From: an uncultured virus (IMG/VR IMGVR_UViG_3300042471_001823)
Lineage: Duplodnaviria; Heunggongvirae; Uroviricota; Caudoviricetes
IMG/VR virus record: IMGVR_UViG_3300042471_001823
Length of the DNA: 56,834 nucleotides
Direction: 5' to 3' (one strand)
Part shown: positions 19,816 to 29,603 of the stretch, piece by piece
How positions within the stretch are numbered: position 1 is the stretch's first letter
Layout: each line of letters begins with the position of its first letter
Made by a program: the position numbers and the translations under genes
The notes under the pieces: generated by a model
The model's input: the letters and a program-made list of their open reading frames with translations, nothing else
Told to the model about the DNA's origin: nothing
The model's database searches: none

Positions 19816-20211
19816 ATGGATCACTTAACCGATGAAGACATTTTATTGCTGAAAGAAATTTACAGGATACCAATAGTTGACAGCGTGATTGTTGGTGGGT
19901 TTGGTGGCGTACCGTTTCCATTGTCTCCACAGTTTGCAATGGGATCTTACACCCCTATATCAGTTCAATTTGAACACTCAATGCAACGAATCAGGGAATT
20001 AGTAGACGCGGGTAATACTGCCATTGTCCCTAATATTCGTGGCTACCTTGAGTCTTTCAAGCAGTTTAGAGCCGATCCCAGCAACATTACCTCAGACGGG
20101 TATGAATACCGTACCTCACAGCAATTTAGAGCAATTTTGCGCGGTCTGTATACTTATACAGGTATTCACCTAGAAATGAATGGCAGTAGCAATATTATGC
20201 CAATAGGATAA
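19816..20211 (+). CDS. Hypothetical protein (possible head-completion protein)
   Basis: First ORF of a co-directional cluster; ATG at 19816 preferred. Confidence 0.5.
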   Translation: MDHLTDEDILLLKEIYRIPIVDSVIVGGFGGVPFPLSPQFAMGSYTPISVQFEHSMQRIRELVDAGNTAIVPNIRGYLESFKQFRADPSNITSDGYEYRTSQQFRAILRGLYTYTGIHLEMNGSSNIMPIG

Positions 20212-20214
20212 GTT

Positions 20215-20829
20215 ATGGCGGGAAAAGGCAATGGGTTGTACAAAACCAAGTTAACAGGCGATTTAGCATCACTTTACAAACGAGCGTCACAGCAAGGTTT
20301 AGGAGACTTAAACCAAGAGCTTGTTTATTTAGTCCATGCTAGACTTGCCATGACTTTAGGTGACCGATTGCCTGCTTCGTTGTCTAGTACTGACAAAAAA
20401 CTATTGGAAGCCGCTAAAATCCTAGCTGACAGTGGACATGACGGCTTTACTGATGGCTACATCGAACGCTTAAAACAAATGTTGCTAGGGTTAACTGATG
20501 AGAAACTAACCAATCTTGCAGTACAACTTAGTAAAGTACAACAATCAATTAGTAGTGAAGCCGAAAAGCGGTTAAGAATTTGCCAAGGTGTATTTGAAAA
20601 AATCTTAGTATTGCATCACAAAGAAAGTACTGAAATTATTTTATTAGCATTACAAGAAATGCTCACAGAAGCAGGGCTAGATATTGCTACTCACGACAAA
20701 ATAATAGCCAAAGCATTGCAAGAAACAGAAGCATTAGCACAAGAAAGTTTGGCACAACAAGATTCAATACAGCAATCAGAACAGTTAAACAATGTGGTAC
20801 AATTAGATTTATTAGATTTGATTAATTGA
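20215..20829 (+). CDS. Alpha-helical hypothetical protein with C-terminal QLDLL motif
   Basis: ORF track; ends NNVVQLDLLDLIN. Confidence 0.6.
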   Translation: MAGKGNGLYKTKLTGDLASLYKRASQQGLGDLNQELVYLVHARLAMTLGDRLPASLSSTDKKLLEAAKILADSGHDGFTDGYIERLKQMLLGLTDEKLTNLAVQLSKVQQSISSEAEKRLRICQGVFEKILVLHHKESTEIILLALQEMLTEAGLDIATHDKIIAKALQETEALAQESLAQQDSIQQSEQLNNVVQLDLLDLIN

Positions 20830-20860
20830 TAGTTAATAGCTTTTCGGGGGAATAAAAGCT

Positions 20861-21865
20861 ATGTCGGACTCAGTACAATCACGAATATTGGATCGCCTTA
20901 CCGATGTGATAACAGCCATTGGTACTGGTGGCGGCGGTGGCGGTGACGCGAGTAGCGCTAAACAGGATGAGCAGACGGGGTATTTAACCAGTATCAGCAG
21001 TGACTCCGCCAGTATTGTGACTACCCTAGGGGATACCACTGGGAACCCTGATCCTCATACTACAGCATGGTATCTTAAGCATGTTCACGCTGGGATAAGC
21101 GATCAGGTTATTAGCCTTGCTGCCATTGATGGCAATGTTTCTAACATCAAAGATAATGTTGCCTCAGTGTTACCCTTTATCGGGCTTGACACGGCAGCTA
21201 TTAGAGCGCAAATACCGGCATCGTTAGGGGCGAAAACAGCGGCTAATTCCTTGTCGGTAGCTATTGCAAGCGATGCTATTGCTTATGGCTCAGGCAATGT
21301 CACAGCAGCAACTCAAAGGGTTACATTAGCCTCAGACGGAGCAGCGGTTACGTCACTACAATCAATTCAAAATAATGTTGACAGAACTACCGCTGCATAC
21401 CGTTCCCAGGCAAGTTTGACCAGAGGGGCAAATACGACAACATACGCCGTTAATGATGTAATGTTTGGAGTGTTTGAGCTAACAAACATGGCAGCAAATG
21501 GTGGTTTTTTGCTGATTTCTGATATTCGTTTTATGATGAATATCGCTTATACGCCCAGTGGTCTCGGGAATTTAAGGCTCTTCCTTTATTCTGTGACACC
21601 GCCTAGTGCAATAGCAGATAATGGTGCTTTTAGCCTACCCAGCGGTGACCGAGCCTCTTTGTTGATTCCTGAAGGAATTTCCCTTGGAACGCCTCGATTA
21701 GCAAACGGTGGAGGGACATTAGTGTTAAGCCCTAGCATTAGACCCACTCCTTTAGTTAAATTAACTGGTACATCTTTGTTTGGCTATATCGTGACAGAAG
21801 GTGCGTGGGTTCCACAGGCAAATTCCGAAACTGCTACATTAACAGTTTTGGGGGTAGTGCCATGA
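20861..21865 (+). CDS. Putative virion structural/fibre protein
   Basis: ASSAKQDEQT, ASLGAKTAANSLSVAIASD, ATQRVTLASD, LTRGANTTTYAVND motifs of phage fibre-like proteins. Confidence 0.6.
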   Translation: MSDSVQSRILDRLTDVITAIGTGGGGGGDASSAKQDEQTGYLTSISSDSASIVTTLGDTTGNPDPHTTAWYLKHVHAGISDQVISLAAIDGNVSNIKDNVASVLPFIGLDTAAIRAQIPASLGAKTAANSLSVAIASDAIAYGSGNVTAATQRVTLASDGAAVTSLQSIQNNVDRTTAAYRSQASLTRGANTTTYAVNDVMFGVFELTNMAANGGFLLISDIRFMMNIAYTPSGLGNLRLFLYSVTPPSAIADNGAFSLPSGDRASLLIPEGISLGTPRLANGGGTLVLSPSIRPTPLVKLTGTSLFGYIVTEGAWVPQANSETATLTVLGVVP

Positions 21866-22575
21866 GGTCAGTAGTAAAACAATTGCTAAGCGAATCATTT
21901 AGCCCCTCATGGAATCCGGCGCAAACTCAAACAACTGTGTGGATTGATGCTAGAGATAGCAACACTTTAACTTTATCTGGTTCTAATATCAGTAGAATCA
22001 AAGATAAATCTGGCAATGGCTGGGATTTAGTACCATTTATAGGTTCCCCAACATACAGCAATAACGCTATAAATCTAGATGGCAATTCAGCATTAGCTAC
22101 AGAAAACCCGTTCCCTATTGGGGGGAATATAGCCGTCACAGTATTTGTTGTTTATATCAAAAACGTTGCCGATAAGGGTACAGTTTTTGGGTGGGGGAAT
22201 TCTAGCATTGCAGCTGAAGCATTTGGTTTTTACGATGACAATAGTTTTATTGGATTGGCGTATGCTGGGGGGACAGCAACTTTTCTTAGCGCGGTTCCCG
22301 TTGGACAATCTTTAATAATGTCTATAGTTAAATCCCCAACCCGATTAGCTGTAAAAAGAAACCAAGCAAATTTAATTGGTAGTCAACCAAACGCAAGCTT
22401 ACTTACAAATAGTACTTTTAAATTAATGCTAGGGCAGTGGACTCAATCTAACGCAGGGGCAAGATTAAATGGCACTATTTCCGAATTTATTATTTTAAAT
22501 AGGGTTCTTAGTAGCGCCGAATTTTTAGACTTTGAAAACTACCTTTCGTTAAAGTACGGAACAGCAACATCATGA
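21862..22575 (+). CDS. LamG/concanavalin-like virion protein
   Basis: WIDARD...DKSGNG...LNGTISEFIILNRVLS...ENYLSLKYG; ATG overlaps upstream TGA. Confidence 0.75.
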   Translation: MRSVVKQLLSESFSPSWNPAQTQTTVWIDARDSNTLTLSGSNISRIKDKSGNGWDLVPFIGSPTYSNNAINLDGNSALATENPFPIGGNIAVTVFVVYIKNVADKGTVFGWGNSSIAAEAFGFYDDNSFIGLAYAGGTATFLSAVPVGQSLIMSIVKSPTRLAVKRNQANLIGSQPNASLLTNSTFKLMLGQWTQSNAGARLNGTISEFIILNRVLSSAEFLDFENYLSLKYGTATS

Positions 22576-23009
22576 ACAAACAGGAATTTATCGACTTCAT
22601 CCGCAATGCTCATCCTGACTGGGACAATCAGCAGATTCTCGAATATGCTAATACTCCTTACTGGCATCCTAACCCAACCCCTCAAGGGACAGTTTTAAAG
22701 GAAATTGACGTAACGACTATTTCTGGCAATATCCCTGCTGTGGATAGAGTCGTTTTACAAAATGAACTCTATGGAACCTATAAATCATTATTGACTAATA
22801 TCAATCGTGGGGCTGTGCCCGATGTAATCCACGACATCGAGAATATAGTCGCATCAGGAAAGGTCTCTGAAGCAGCTATCGATGCGATTAATACCGCACT
22901 AGCTGATATTGTTGAAGGTAGACCCGATCCTAATTGGGAACCTGAAGTTTATGAAACCCGTTGCCAAGATTATGGGTTAGAGCCGTTGGTGTTGTCGGAT
23001 TTGGATTGA
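22572..23009 (+). CDS. Acidic hypothetical protein (possible fibre chaperone)
   Basis: ATGA-coupled to LamG gene; ends PDPNW... Confidence 0.55.
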   Translation: MNKQEFIDFIRNAHPDWDNQQILEYANTPYWHPNPTPQGTVLKEIDVTTISGNIPAVDRVVLQNELYGTYKSLLTNINRGAVPDVIHDIENIVASGKVSEAAIDAINTALADIVEGRPDPNWEPEVYETRCQDYGLEPLVLSDLD

Positions 23010-23174
23010 TTAGGGATTACAGCATGTTTATATCTCACATGCTGTAAGGCATTGCAACCGGCTTAATGCACTTTGTAAGCTGTCCGTAACCATCCCATTT
23101 AGGCTTGTTGTTATAACGGCATTTACCAGAGCGTAGCAATTGCTTTGATTGGTTGTTTGTATATTGTAGCTAAA

Positions 23175-23213
23175 ACCCCGCTAACCGTAACAAGTTAGCG
23201 GGGCTGTTTTTTT
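23175..23213. terminator. Bidirectional terminator
   Basis: ccccgctaac-loop-gttagcgggg followed by T-tract. Confidence 0.7.
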
Positions 23214-23216
23214 GCG

Positions 23217-23618
23217 TTAAGAGCAACGGTTGCGCTCATCATCATGCGTTTTGAAGGCTTGTTCTACTATAGCAATACGCCTATAGATTTCTGCAACAGG
23301 ATCATCATAATTGTTCATACAATCAGCCAGCCATCTATTACCAAAATCAACCATCACTTTAGTTTCACCACGCCAAAACACAACTACAGAATCAAATTGA
23401 CTGAAAATACCAGCGTGAGTTTCATAAGAAGTTCGCGTAGCTCTTTCTGAACCTAGATAATCAAATGACCATTGCTCATCATCAAAAAATGGACAGGCTT
23501 GCAAATATCCAGTTTCATCATGCCGCACATACCTAATATCCACCTTTAAAGTAGGGATAGGGTTGTCTTCTACAGGGAATGGGTTGAAAATTTTTGCTAA
23601 AAACTTGAACAAACTCAT
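23217..23618 (-). CDS. Hypothetical protein
   Basis: ORF with AAGG RBS. Confidence 0.6.
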   Translation of the reverse strand: MSLFKFLAKIFNPFPVEDNPIPTLKVDIRYVRHDETGYLQACPFFDDEQWSFDYLGSERATRTSYETHAGIFSQFDSVVVFWRGETKVMVDFGNRWLADCMNNYDDPVAEIYRRIAIVEQAFKTHDDERNRCS

Positions 23619-23715
23619 GGCGTTACCTTTTGTGCGATCGGAAGTAAATTAAACGTCTTTAAGCGCTGGTTTTAGGGCGATATACGGTCAGCGGGGTTGA
23701 TTCATGAAATTGCCT

Positions 23716-24102
23716 TTATGGATTTAATTCTTTTGCCTTAACCGCAGAATCTAGGATTATTTCCACTTCAAGCGTTGTGATTTGCGTGGTCACAATACCT
23801 GAAATGTTTAGGTCTTGGCGCGTTGTAATTACCCTAGAGACTACCTTTGCTTGAAAAGTACACACCAAACGAGAATCGACTTCTGTTGTGTGTCCGACAA
23901 TGTTTCGGTATTTAAACCCGCTATAGACTTTAAAAGTGATAACATCGCCCAAAGAGGCATTTTGAATCACACTTTCATCCTTTTCGATCCAAAGGCGATC
24001 GCGAGACCAATCCTCATTCACGGAAAAATCTGCGTAGACCTTCAATGGTCCTACGGTTACCCAAGAGACGTTTGATAGCTTTACAGCGCAACGTTCTATC
24101 AT
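23716..24102 (-). CDS. Hypothetical protein
   Basis: ORF with AAGGAG RBS. Confidence 0.65.
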   Translation of the reverse strand: MIERCAVKLSNVSWVTVGPLKVYADFSVNEDWSRDRLWIEKDESVIQNASLGDVITFKVYSGFKYRNIVGHTTEVDSRLVCTFQAKVVSRVITTRQDLNISGIVTTQITTLEVEIILDSAVKAKELNP

Positions 24103-24114
24103 CGTTTTACTCCT

Positions 24115-24351
24115 TTACCAATAAAGCGGTCTAAAACTTGCCACAAAACACAACCATCTTAATGTCTGGTAAAAGCGCTGATATAAAGGAATCCAATACC
24201 ACCAACTGGCAATAGGGTTGCAAACATCAATCCCAAATCCAATTTCTATCCCAGAAATTAAAGCTCCATTGTATTTTCCGACGGGGAAAATTGATGGAAG
24301 CTTATTGGCAATGTAACGCAAATCAATCGAGAAAGAGACGCTAAATTTCAT
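24115..24351 (-). CDS. Hypothetical protein
   Basis: Start overlaps upstream stop (ATGA). Confidence 0.55.
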   Translation of the reverse strand: MKFSVSFSIDLRYIANKLPSIFPVGKYNGALISGIEIGFGIDVCNPIASWWYWIPLYQRFYQTLRWLCFVASFRPLYW

Positions 24352-24848
24352 AAAACTGCTTGCAAATTCAATCCTTTTTTAAGATCTTCAACCGAATCAG
24401 CCATTGCATTCACTGCTGACAAGACTTTTTTTACATCAAGGGTAACCGAATCGGTCTTATCCTTGGAAGTGACAAGCAATGGTGAAGATAGCTCATGCTC
24501 GTCATAATCAACATGTAAGCAAACACAAAAGTGAAACCCTTTTGATAAAGGAACGGGAGTTTTAAAGCAAACTTCAAAATCAACACCGTTACCAACCTCA
24601 ACCATGTCAGACAAGTCTATGACTAATTCGTGAATCCGCAAAGAATAGCGCTTGAGGGTGGCGATATGTTTCCGCTTTAGAAGGTTGGTTTCAGCTTCTT
24701 TTTCTGCAAACAAAAGATATTGGAGGCTTTCCCACAGATAAATAGAGGTGTCGATCGCAATGGTAGAAAGTTCACGATCCACTTCAAACTCTGTCACTTC
24801 ATCCTTAAGCTTAAATTGGGGATGGTTTAGGTTATCTATTGGGTACAT
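24348..24848 (-). CDS. Hypothetical protein
   Basis: ORF; ATG at 24848 with GAGAGGG RBS. Confidence 0.6.
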   Translation of the reverse strand: MYPIDNLNHPQFKLKDEVTEFEVDRELSTIAIDTSIYLWESLQYLLFAEKEAETNLLKRKHIATLKRYSLRIHELVIDLSDMVEVGNGVDFEVCFKTPVPLSKGFHFCVCLHVDYDEHELSSPLLVTSKDKTDSVTLDVKKVLSAVNAMADSVEDLKKGLNLQAVL

Positions 24849-25419
24849 GTTGCCCTCTCCCATCCTTCAACTTGAATTTATACACCCACACCCAAGGGTT
24901 TGATTGCGCAATTTCTTTGCCGTGCAGGTGTTCAATTTCAGTAAAATAAGAACAAACAGGGTCAATTGTATTAAATTTTTGCTCTACATAATCAAAGTAA
25001 AGTCCGTTTTGTTCTTTAACCCCTTCCGCAATCGCAGATTCTTCACTGATGTCATTCAGCCGCTCTAGCCGAACATCGGTAATTTCAATCCAATAACGAG
25101 CAAAGGACTTCAACATGAAACGGGCGATCTGCTTGGAGTAAATGCCAGTTTTGCGGGATTCAATTTTAAGCTTGTCCGCTTCAGTAATCTGGTAATGAAT
25201 CTTGTTGGCTTTATGCCATTGATACTCTACCCATACGCTTAACTCATTAATGCGATGGTCAATAATCTGTGTCGGCTCTGCCAAATAACAGCAATCACCA
25301 ACATTATATCTAGGCTTGTCACTGCCATTAGATAGCCTACGTGTTTCAGTTTTCAACCCGTCAAGAATTGAGCAAAAATTGTCTTCAGTAAATCCGATTG
25401 GTGGGGTTTTAGTCGTCAT
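24832..25419 (-). CDS. ASCH/PUA-domain protein
   Basis: ILDGLKTETRR; IEITDVRLERLNDISEESAIAEG; NPWVWVYKF. Confidence 0.85.
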   Translation of the reverse strand: MTTKTPPIGFTEDNFCSILDGLKTETRRLSNGSDKPRYNVGDCCYLAEPTQIIDHRINELSVWVEYQWHKANKIHYQITEADKLKIESRKTGIYSKQIARFMLKSFARYWIEITDVRLERLNDISEESAIAEGVKEQNGLYFDYVEQKFNTIDPVCSYFTEIEHLHGKEIAQSNPWVWVYKFKLKDGRGQHVPNR

Positions 25420-25545
25420 AGCATTTCTCTAACCTTGTATTTGTGCTTGTTTCGATCATCAATATTGAATTTAATAAAATCGTTGGCAGCTTTTCTTGTA
25501 GGGAAGGGATCGTGATCTAGCCTACTAAAGCCGTTGATCCAAATT

Positions 25546-25926
25546 TCATATTGCCTTGGCGTTTTGATCATCATAATTACCGTTCCAGTGACTGTCAGAC
25601 TCTCCTACGTTTAAAGTTTGATAATAATCAAATTCTTTGCAAATTCCAGCCATGCCTTGTAATCCTTCCATCTTGGCAATTGCCAGCATGATTTCTGTTG
25701 CCTTTTCCCTGCCGACTTGGTCGTAAAGCACCCGCCCAAGCAGCCTATGAACGCCACAAAAATCATGGGCATTACAGCCCTCTGCATCCATATCGCAATA
25801 TTCCACAAGATTTTCAAGCGTTGCATGTGTTTCGTCAGGGTCAATAATTTGACCGTCAAGATATTTTGTGTCATCCCAGTAGGGATAATCATCACCATGA
25901 TGAAGAATTAGAGCTAATTGTGTCAT
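25546..25926 (-). CDS. Hypothetical protein
   Basis: ORF in minus-strand operon. Confidence 0.6.
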   Translation of the reverse strand: MTQLALILHHGDDYPYWDDTKYLDGQIIDPDETHATLENLVEYCDMDAEGCNAHDFCGVHRLLGRVLYDQVGREKATEIMLAIAKMEGLQGMAGICKEFDYYQTLNVGESDSHWNGNYDDQNAKAI

Positions 25927-26108
25927 CAGTTTAATCCATCATTTTTCTGAATCTTTCCATTTTGAGCGGCGAACCCTTTCACTTCTTTCAAAGCCTCCTC
26001 TTTTGTAAAGCCTGATTCAACCATCGCTTGTACGCATAGGCATTGTTCAGGGGAAAATTGCTTTAACTCTTTCCAAAATTCCACATCGGTCATTTGTTGG
26101 CTATCCAT
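25926..26108 (-). CDS. Small hypothetical protein
   Basis: ATG at 26108 with GGAG RBS. Confidence 0.55.
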   Translation of the reverse strand: MDSQQMTDVEFWKELKQFSPEQCLCVQAMVESGFTKEEALKEVKGFAAQNGKIQKNDGLN

Positions 26109-26112
26109 TTCG

Positions 26113-26373
26113 TTACTCCACAATGTTTTCAAATAAAGGCGCGTCAATTTCAACCACATCAACCTGTTTAGCCCCAAACACAAACTCTATCGTGTCATTG
26201 ACTGCTTGACACCATACTTTGTAAGGATGATTCTGCCTCAGTCCAAATGGATAGACCTTGTTTAATTCCCTTCTAAGCTGGGAACGATTCATTGACCCGT
26301 CCTGACAAGCTTGCCTATGTTGAGCAAGCACGGGACTAATCGCTTCATAGGCTTTTTCTTTCCACATTGGCAT
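26113..26373 (-). CDS. Conserved phage-type hypothetical protein
   Basis: YPFGLRQNHPYKVW motif. Confidence 0.65.
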   Translation of the reverse strand: MPMWKEKAYEAISPVLAQHRQACQDGSMNRSQLRRELNKVYPFGLRQNHPYKVWCQAVNDTIEFVFGAKQVDVVEIDAPLFENIVE

Positions 26374-26397
26374 TACCCCTTGATTTAATAGGTTTAT

Positions 26398-26865
26398 TTA
26401 CACCACACCGCCATGACTAGCCAGCAACACCTCAATCATCTCAACAGGAACATAGCCATAAATACGGTTTTTTTCGCTGTCTAGGTATTTACTAAACTTT
26501 AAAGGCAGAAGCTGGGAAGCCATGATTTCCATGCTGCGATAAGCGTAAACATTGAAATGCTTCCCTCTAGGTTCAGAATAAGCATCATCATCGCCTTGTA
26601 CAGATAGCCAAAAACCATCAGCGCAGACCAAGCGCTTATTGTTAGGTTCACCAAATTGGATTTTTTCAAGGTTAGGCAATTTCATTTTGGTTCCTTGTAC
26701 ACGTTTACATTCTTTAGCCCTGACATGATGACCCAATGGCTCTAAAAGCCAAAGTTCGTCACCACTACCATAACAACTAGCGGCACAATACAACGAGGCT
26801 TCATCTGTAATTTCAGTGCATTCGTAAATAACTCCTTCATATAAAACAGGAAATGGAACAAACAT
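26398..26865 (-). CDS. Hypothetical phage protein
   Basis: LVCADGFWLSVQ...YSEPR...YGYVPVE...HGG C-terminal domain; GAGG RBS. Confidence 0.65.
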   Translation of the reverse strand: MFVPFPVLYEGVIYECTEITDEASLYCAASCYGSGDELWLLEPLGHHVRAKECKRVQGTKMKLPNLEKIQFGEPNNKRLVCADGFWLSVQGDDDAYSEPRGKHFNVYAYRSMEIMASQLLPLKFSKYLDSEKNRIYGYVPVEMIEVLLASHGGVV

Positions 26866-26906
26866 AATTCACACCTCAATCTATTCCAACATTTTCAACA
26901 AACCTG

Positions 26907-27263
26907 TTATTCCATAGCGGTCAATAAATCGGCAATACCTAATAGCTCTGGGGCATCAACAAATCGCATATAAGTTACTTGATCCCGCATCCCAAAAGGC
27001 AAGGAAACTTCAATCCCACACCTGTGACACTCTATGACAAGAGCGCTTAGAGAGGGGCAAAAAATACCGGTGGTCAACTGAAAGTCTAATGGCAATAAAA
27101 TTGCTGATTCCGACCGCCATCCTGCCATCTTGTGGCAATTCTCCCAGTTATACAAACCGCCAAAAACTACGCCCATAATGAAAGCCACTTTTTTCGCTAA
27201 CGGCGATAGTGGATAATCAACATGGCTTTGTAACCATTCAGCGCCTGCGTATTTAGTTGTCAT
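26907..27263 (-). CDS. Hypothetical protein
   Basis: First gene downstream of minus-strand promoter at 27299-27327. Confidence 0.6.
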   Translation of the reverse strand: MTTKYAGAEWLQSHVDYPLSPLAKKVAFIMGVVFGGLYNWENCHKMAGWRSESAILLPLDFQLTTGIFCPSLSALVIECHRCGIEVSLPFGMRDQVTYMRFVDAPELLGIADLLTAME

Positions 27264-27298
27264 AACACATTAACCTTTAATAAAAAACAACCATCATT

Positions 27299-27327
27299 AA
27301 TGTATAATACAATTAATCATCTGTCAA
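27299..27327 (-). promoter_or_regulatory. Sigma70-type promoter
   Basis: TTGACA-17 bp-TACATT on minus strand. Confidence 0.7.
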
Positions 27328-27365
27328 CACACAAAATACTAGCAACTGCTTAACCCACAATAATA

Positions 27366-27716
27366 ATGATTTACAAAAGCGCAAAAGAAGCACAACAAGA
27401 CAAGCTAAATGAATGGGTGATGTGGCTACCTGATCAGAAAAATGGGGTAGCCACTGGAATCGCATCTATTCAAAAGCGCCGTCATGATGGAGTTATCCCA
27501 CGTACTGATGCGTGGAAATTTAAAATCTCGTTTGACAAGCAGCAGATCGATACCTTGACAAAATTGATAAAAGCCTTGAATTTTGGCTCAAGAGACGTTG
27601 TGATTGACTTGGCAGAGATTTTTGGAGATCGGACATCGCCACTGAATTTAACCAATCCAAAGGTGATGGCATCTCTAAACAGCGTTTTGCAAGATGAAGC
27701 GCTTGCCATTAATTAG
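27366..27716 (+). CDS. Hypothetical protein; paralog of 50083..50442
   Basis: MIYKSAKEAQQDKLNEWVMW vs MIYESFDEAKKDKVHEWVSW; shared SP.(N/D)LTN.K. Confidence 0.7.
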   Translation: MIYKSAKEAQQDKLNEWVMWLPDQKNGVATGIASIQKRRHDGVIPRTDAWKFKISFDKQQIDTLTKLIKALNFGSRDVVIDLAEIFGDRTSPLNLTNPKVMASLNSVLQDEALAIN

Positions 27717-27847
27717 CCCCACTTCATTCCTTAGAAATTGTTTCCATCAAACATCTGACTCGCAAAAGCACCTAATGTCTTAGGTGCTTTTTAAATGAGC
27801 CAATTTAACTGTGTGACGTTTGGTTTTAGTTTTATGTCGGTTAATCT

Positions 27848-27938
27848 CAATGCTTTGGGTTCATGCTAGCTAGGTTTAATGCTTTGATTCTACGCTAATC
27901 AGGTTCAACGCTCTAATTCCATGCTAGTCAGGTTCAAC
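27848..27938. repeat. 3 x 29-bp degenerate tandem repeat abutting element B
   Basis: caatgctttgggttcatgctagctaggtt / taatgctttgattctacgctaatcaggtt / caacgctctaattccatgctagtcaggtt. Confidence 0.75.
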
Positions 27939-27941
27939 CTC

Positions 27942-29216
27942 AAAGTTTACACTCTTATTATTTTCGTTTTCTTCCTTGAAAATAGGCACTTTTTCGTTAA
28001 AACCTAATTATCTTAACAATAGATATTTGACTGTTTTTTAAGTGAATTTTTCTAGAAAAAGTTAGAGAACTTTTAGCTAAATCCCACATTCTTCCTTGAA
28101 ATCCCCTTATACAGATCTTATTCAAGTTTTAAGCTTGGTTTTTAATCTGAGGGGTGGGATGCCTGTTTTTTTGAAAACTCAGGTGAAAGAAGTTGACATC
28201 AAGTCGAAAAACTACAATTGGCAACCTTAGCCCTAGGCGATCCAAAAAAACCGAGGTTGGCATTTTTTTTGACTGATATGCAATTAGTTGCACAAACCCT
28301 AGTGATAACTCAGTTCATGACATGTAGTTAATCGCCTCGATTTCTTGGATAAATTTCATTTTCTTCCTTGAGTTGGTGGTTTGAGTTGCTAAAAAGCAGG
28401 GTGAAAAATACATGGCAAGAATCAAAGATTTTTAGCTAGTTTTCTTGGAACTTTTAGCTAAATTCCACATTCTTCCTCAGATCTCCCTTATACAGATCTT
28501 ATTCAAATTTTTAACTTGGTTTTTTAATCTGAGGGATGAGCCGCGATTTTCAAGCTAAGGGTTAAGTGATGGTAAAACTTGGTTTTGGATTTTGGGCTTA
28601 ACTCAAGGTTTAAGGTTTGGTAGTAAATTTGCCATTGCCTTGCAAATCCCAGCCTTAAGCAAAGATTTTCTCATCGGTTTACAAACATCGCTCTTAATCT
28701 GTCAACTTTCCACAAACCCACTTGCATCAAAAACACGGATATGCGCTCTATTGCCCTAAAACCAGCGCTTAAAGACGTTTAATTTGACTCCAAGTACTAA
28801 GAGATGGTTAAGGGTAAAACAAGGGTGTTAGAAGCGATTTTAAAGGCAAGTGATCGAAACCTAGGGTGATCACTTGTAAAGCAGGCTAAAATCATAAGCC
28901 TAGGTTTTAAGGTGAGTTAAAATCACGGACTCTTAGACTGGAACCAAGCCAAGTTATCCAACAAAGTGCATGAGCCTAGTTTTTTTTGCGCCGTCACCTC
29001 ACATCCTCAGTCCCAAAAACCAAGTTTAAAAACTTGAATAAGATCTGTATAAGGGAGATCTGAGGAAGAATGTGGGATTTAGCTAAAAGTTTTCTAACTT
29101 TTTCTAGAAAAATTCATTTAAAATAAACCGATAAGCCATTGTTAAGAAAGTTAGGTTTTAACGAAAAAGTACCCATTTTTGAAGAAGAAAGTGAAAATAA
29201 TAAGAGTATAAACTTT
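27942..29216. repeat. Dispersed inverted-arm non-coding element, copy B
   Basis: Starts AAAGTTTACACTCTTATTATTTTC, ends GAAAATAATAAGAGTATAAACTTT; CCCTTATACAGATCTTA cores at 28104+, 28485+, 29040-. Confidence 0.92.
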
Positions 29217-29235
29217 GGCTAGCAAGCTTTTTGTG

Positions 29236-29265
29236 TTGACAAATAATAGCGAATGCACCTACAAT
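29236..29265 (+). promoter_or_regulatory. Sigma70-type promoter just outside element B
   Basis: TTGACA-18 bp-TACAAT. Confidence 0.7.
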
Positions 29266-29294
29266 AAAAAGCGTCTTTTCATGAGGTTGCAAGT

Positions 29295-29603
29295 ATGTTA
29301 AGCGCTGAATCGTTAAAAGCAATTGCTGATCTTTCTGAATCTGTAGCAAATGCAGTAGCCCAATCCGTTTGTATTGAGATTTGGCATGGCTTTAATTACG
29401 GCTCAATAAAAATTGCGTCATCAGACAAGGGTGTTTTTGGACGGCTAAAAGAGGATCTTGGATGGAGCTACAGCGCTACTGAGCATGTTATTCATCACAG
29501 GTTCCAAAATGCTGAGACAGCGATGGCTGTCGCAAAAATCATTGAGGCTGATTTAAAAGGCAAAGGAATTGATGTTTGTACTAAACTAGGTAACACCAGA
29601 TGA
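29295..29603 (+). CDS. Hypothetical protein
   Basis: GAGG RBS; first gene of operon. Confidence 0.65.
   Translation: MLSAESLKAIADLSESVANAVAQSVCIEIWHGFNYGSIKIASSDKGVFGRLKEDLGWSYSATEHVIHHRFQNAETAMAVAKIIEADLKGKGIDVCTKLGNTR

Noticed and set aside
23015..23110. Possible tRNA/ncRNA in intergenic hairpins (also 19585-19614)
   Set aside because: Simple stem-loops without cloverleaf, T-loop or CCA; more likely terminators.
28481..28501. Core repeat resembles the Tn5 mosaic end/Nextera adapter (CTGTCTCTTATACACATCT)
   Set aside because: Only about 15/19 identity, with the same differences in the invariant part of all nine copies, embedded in long diverged repeats; not adapter contamination, and no transposase seen.
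27942..29216. Calling the inverted-arm elements MITEs/IS
   Set aside because: No target-site duplication visible, ends of A and C are asymmetric, arm cores recur internally, and no transposase in the window; not fully excluded.
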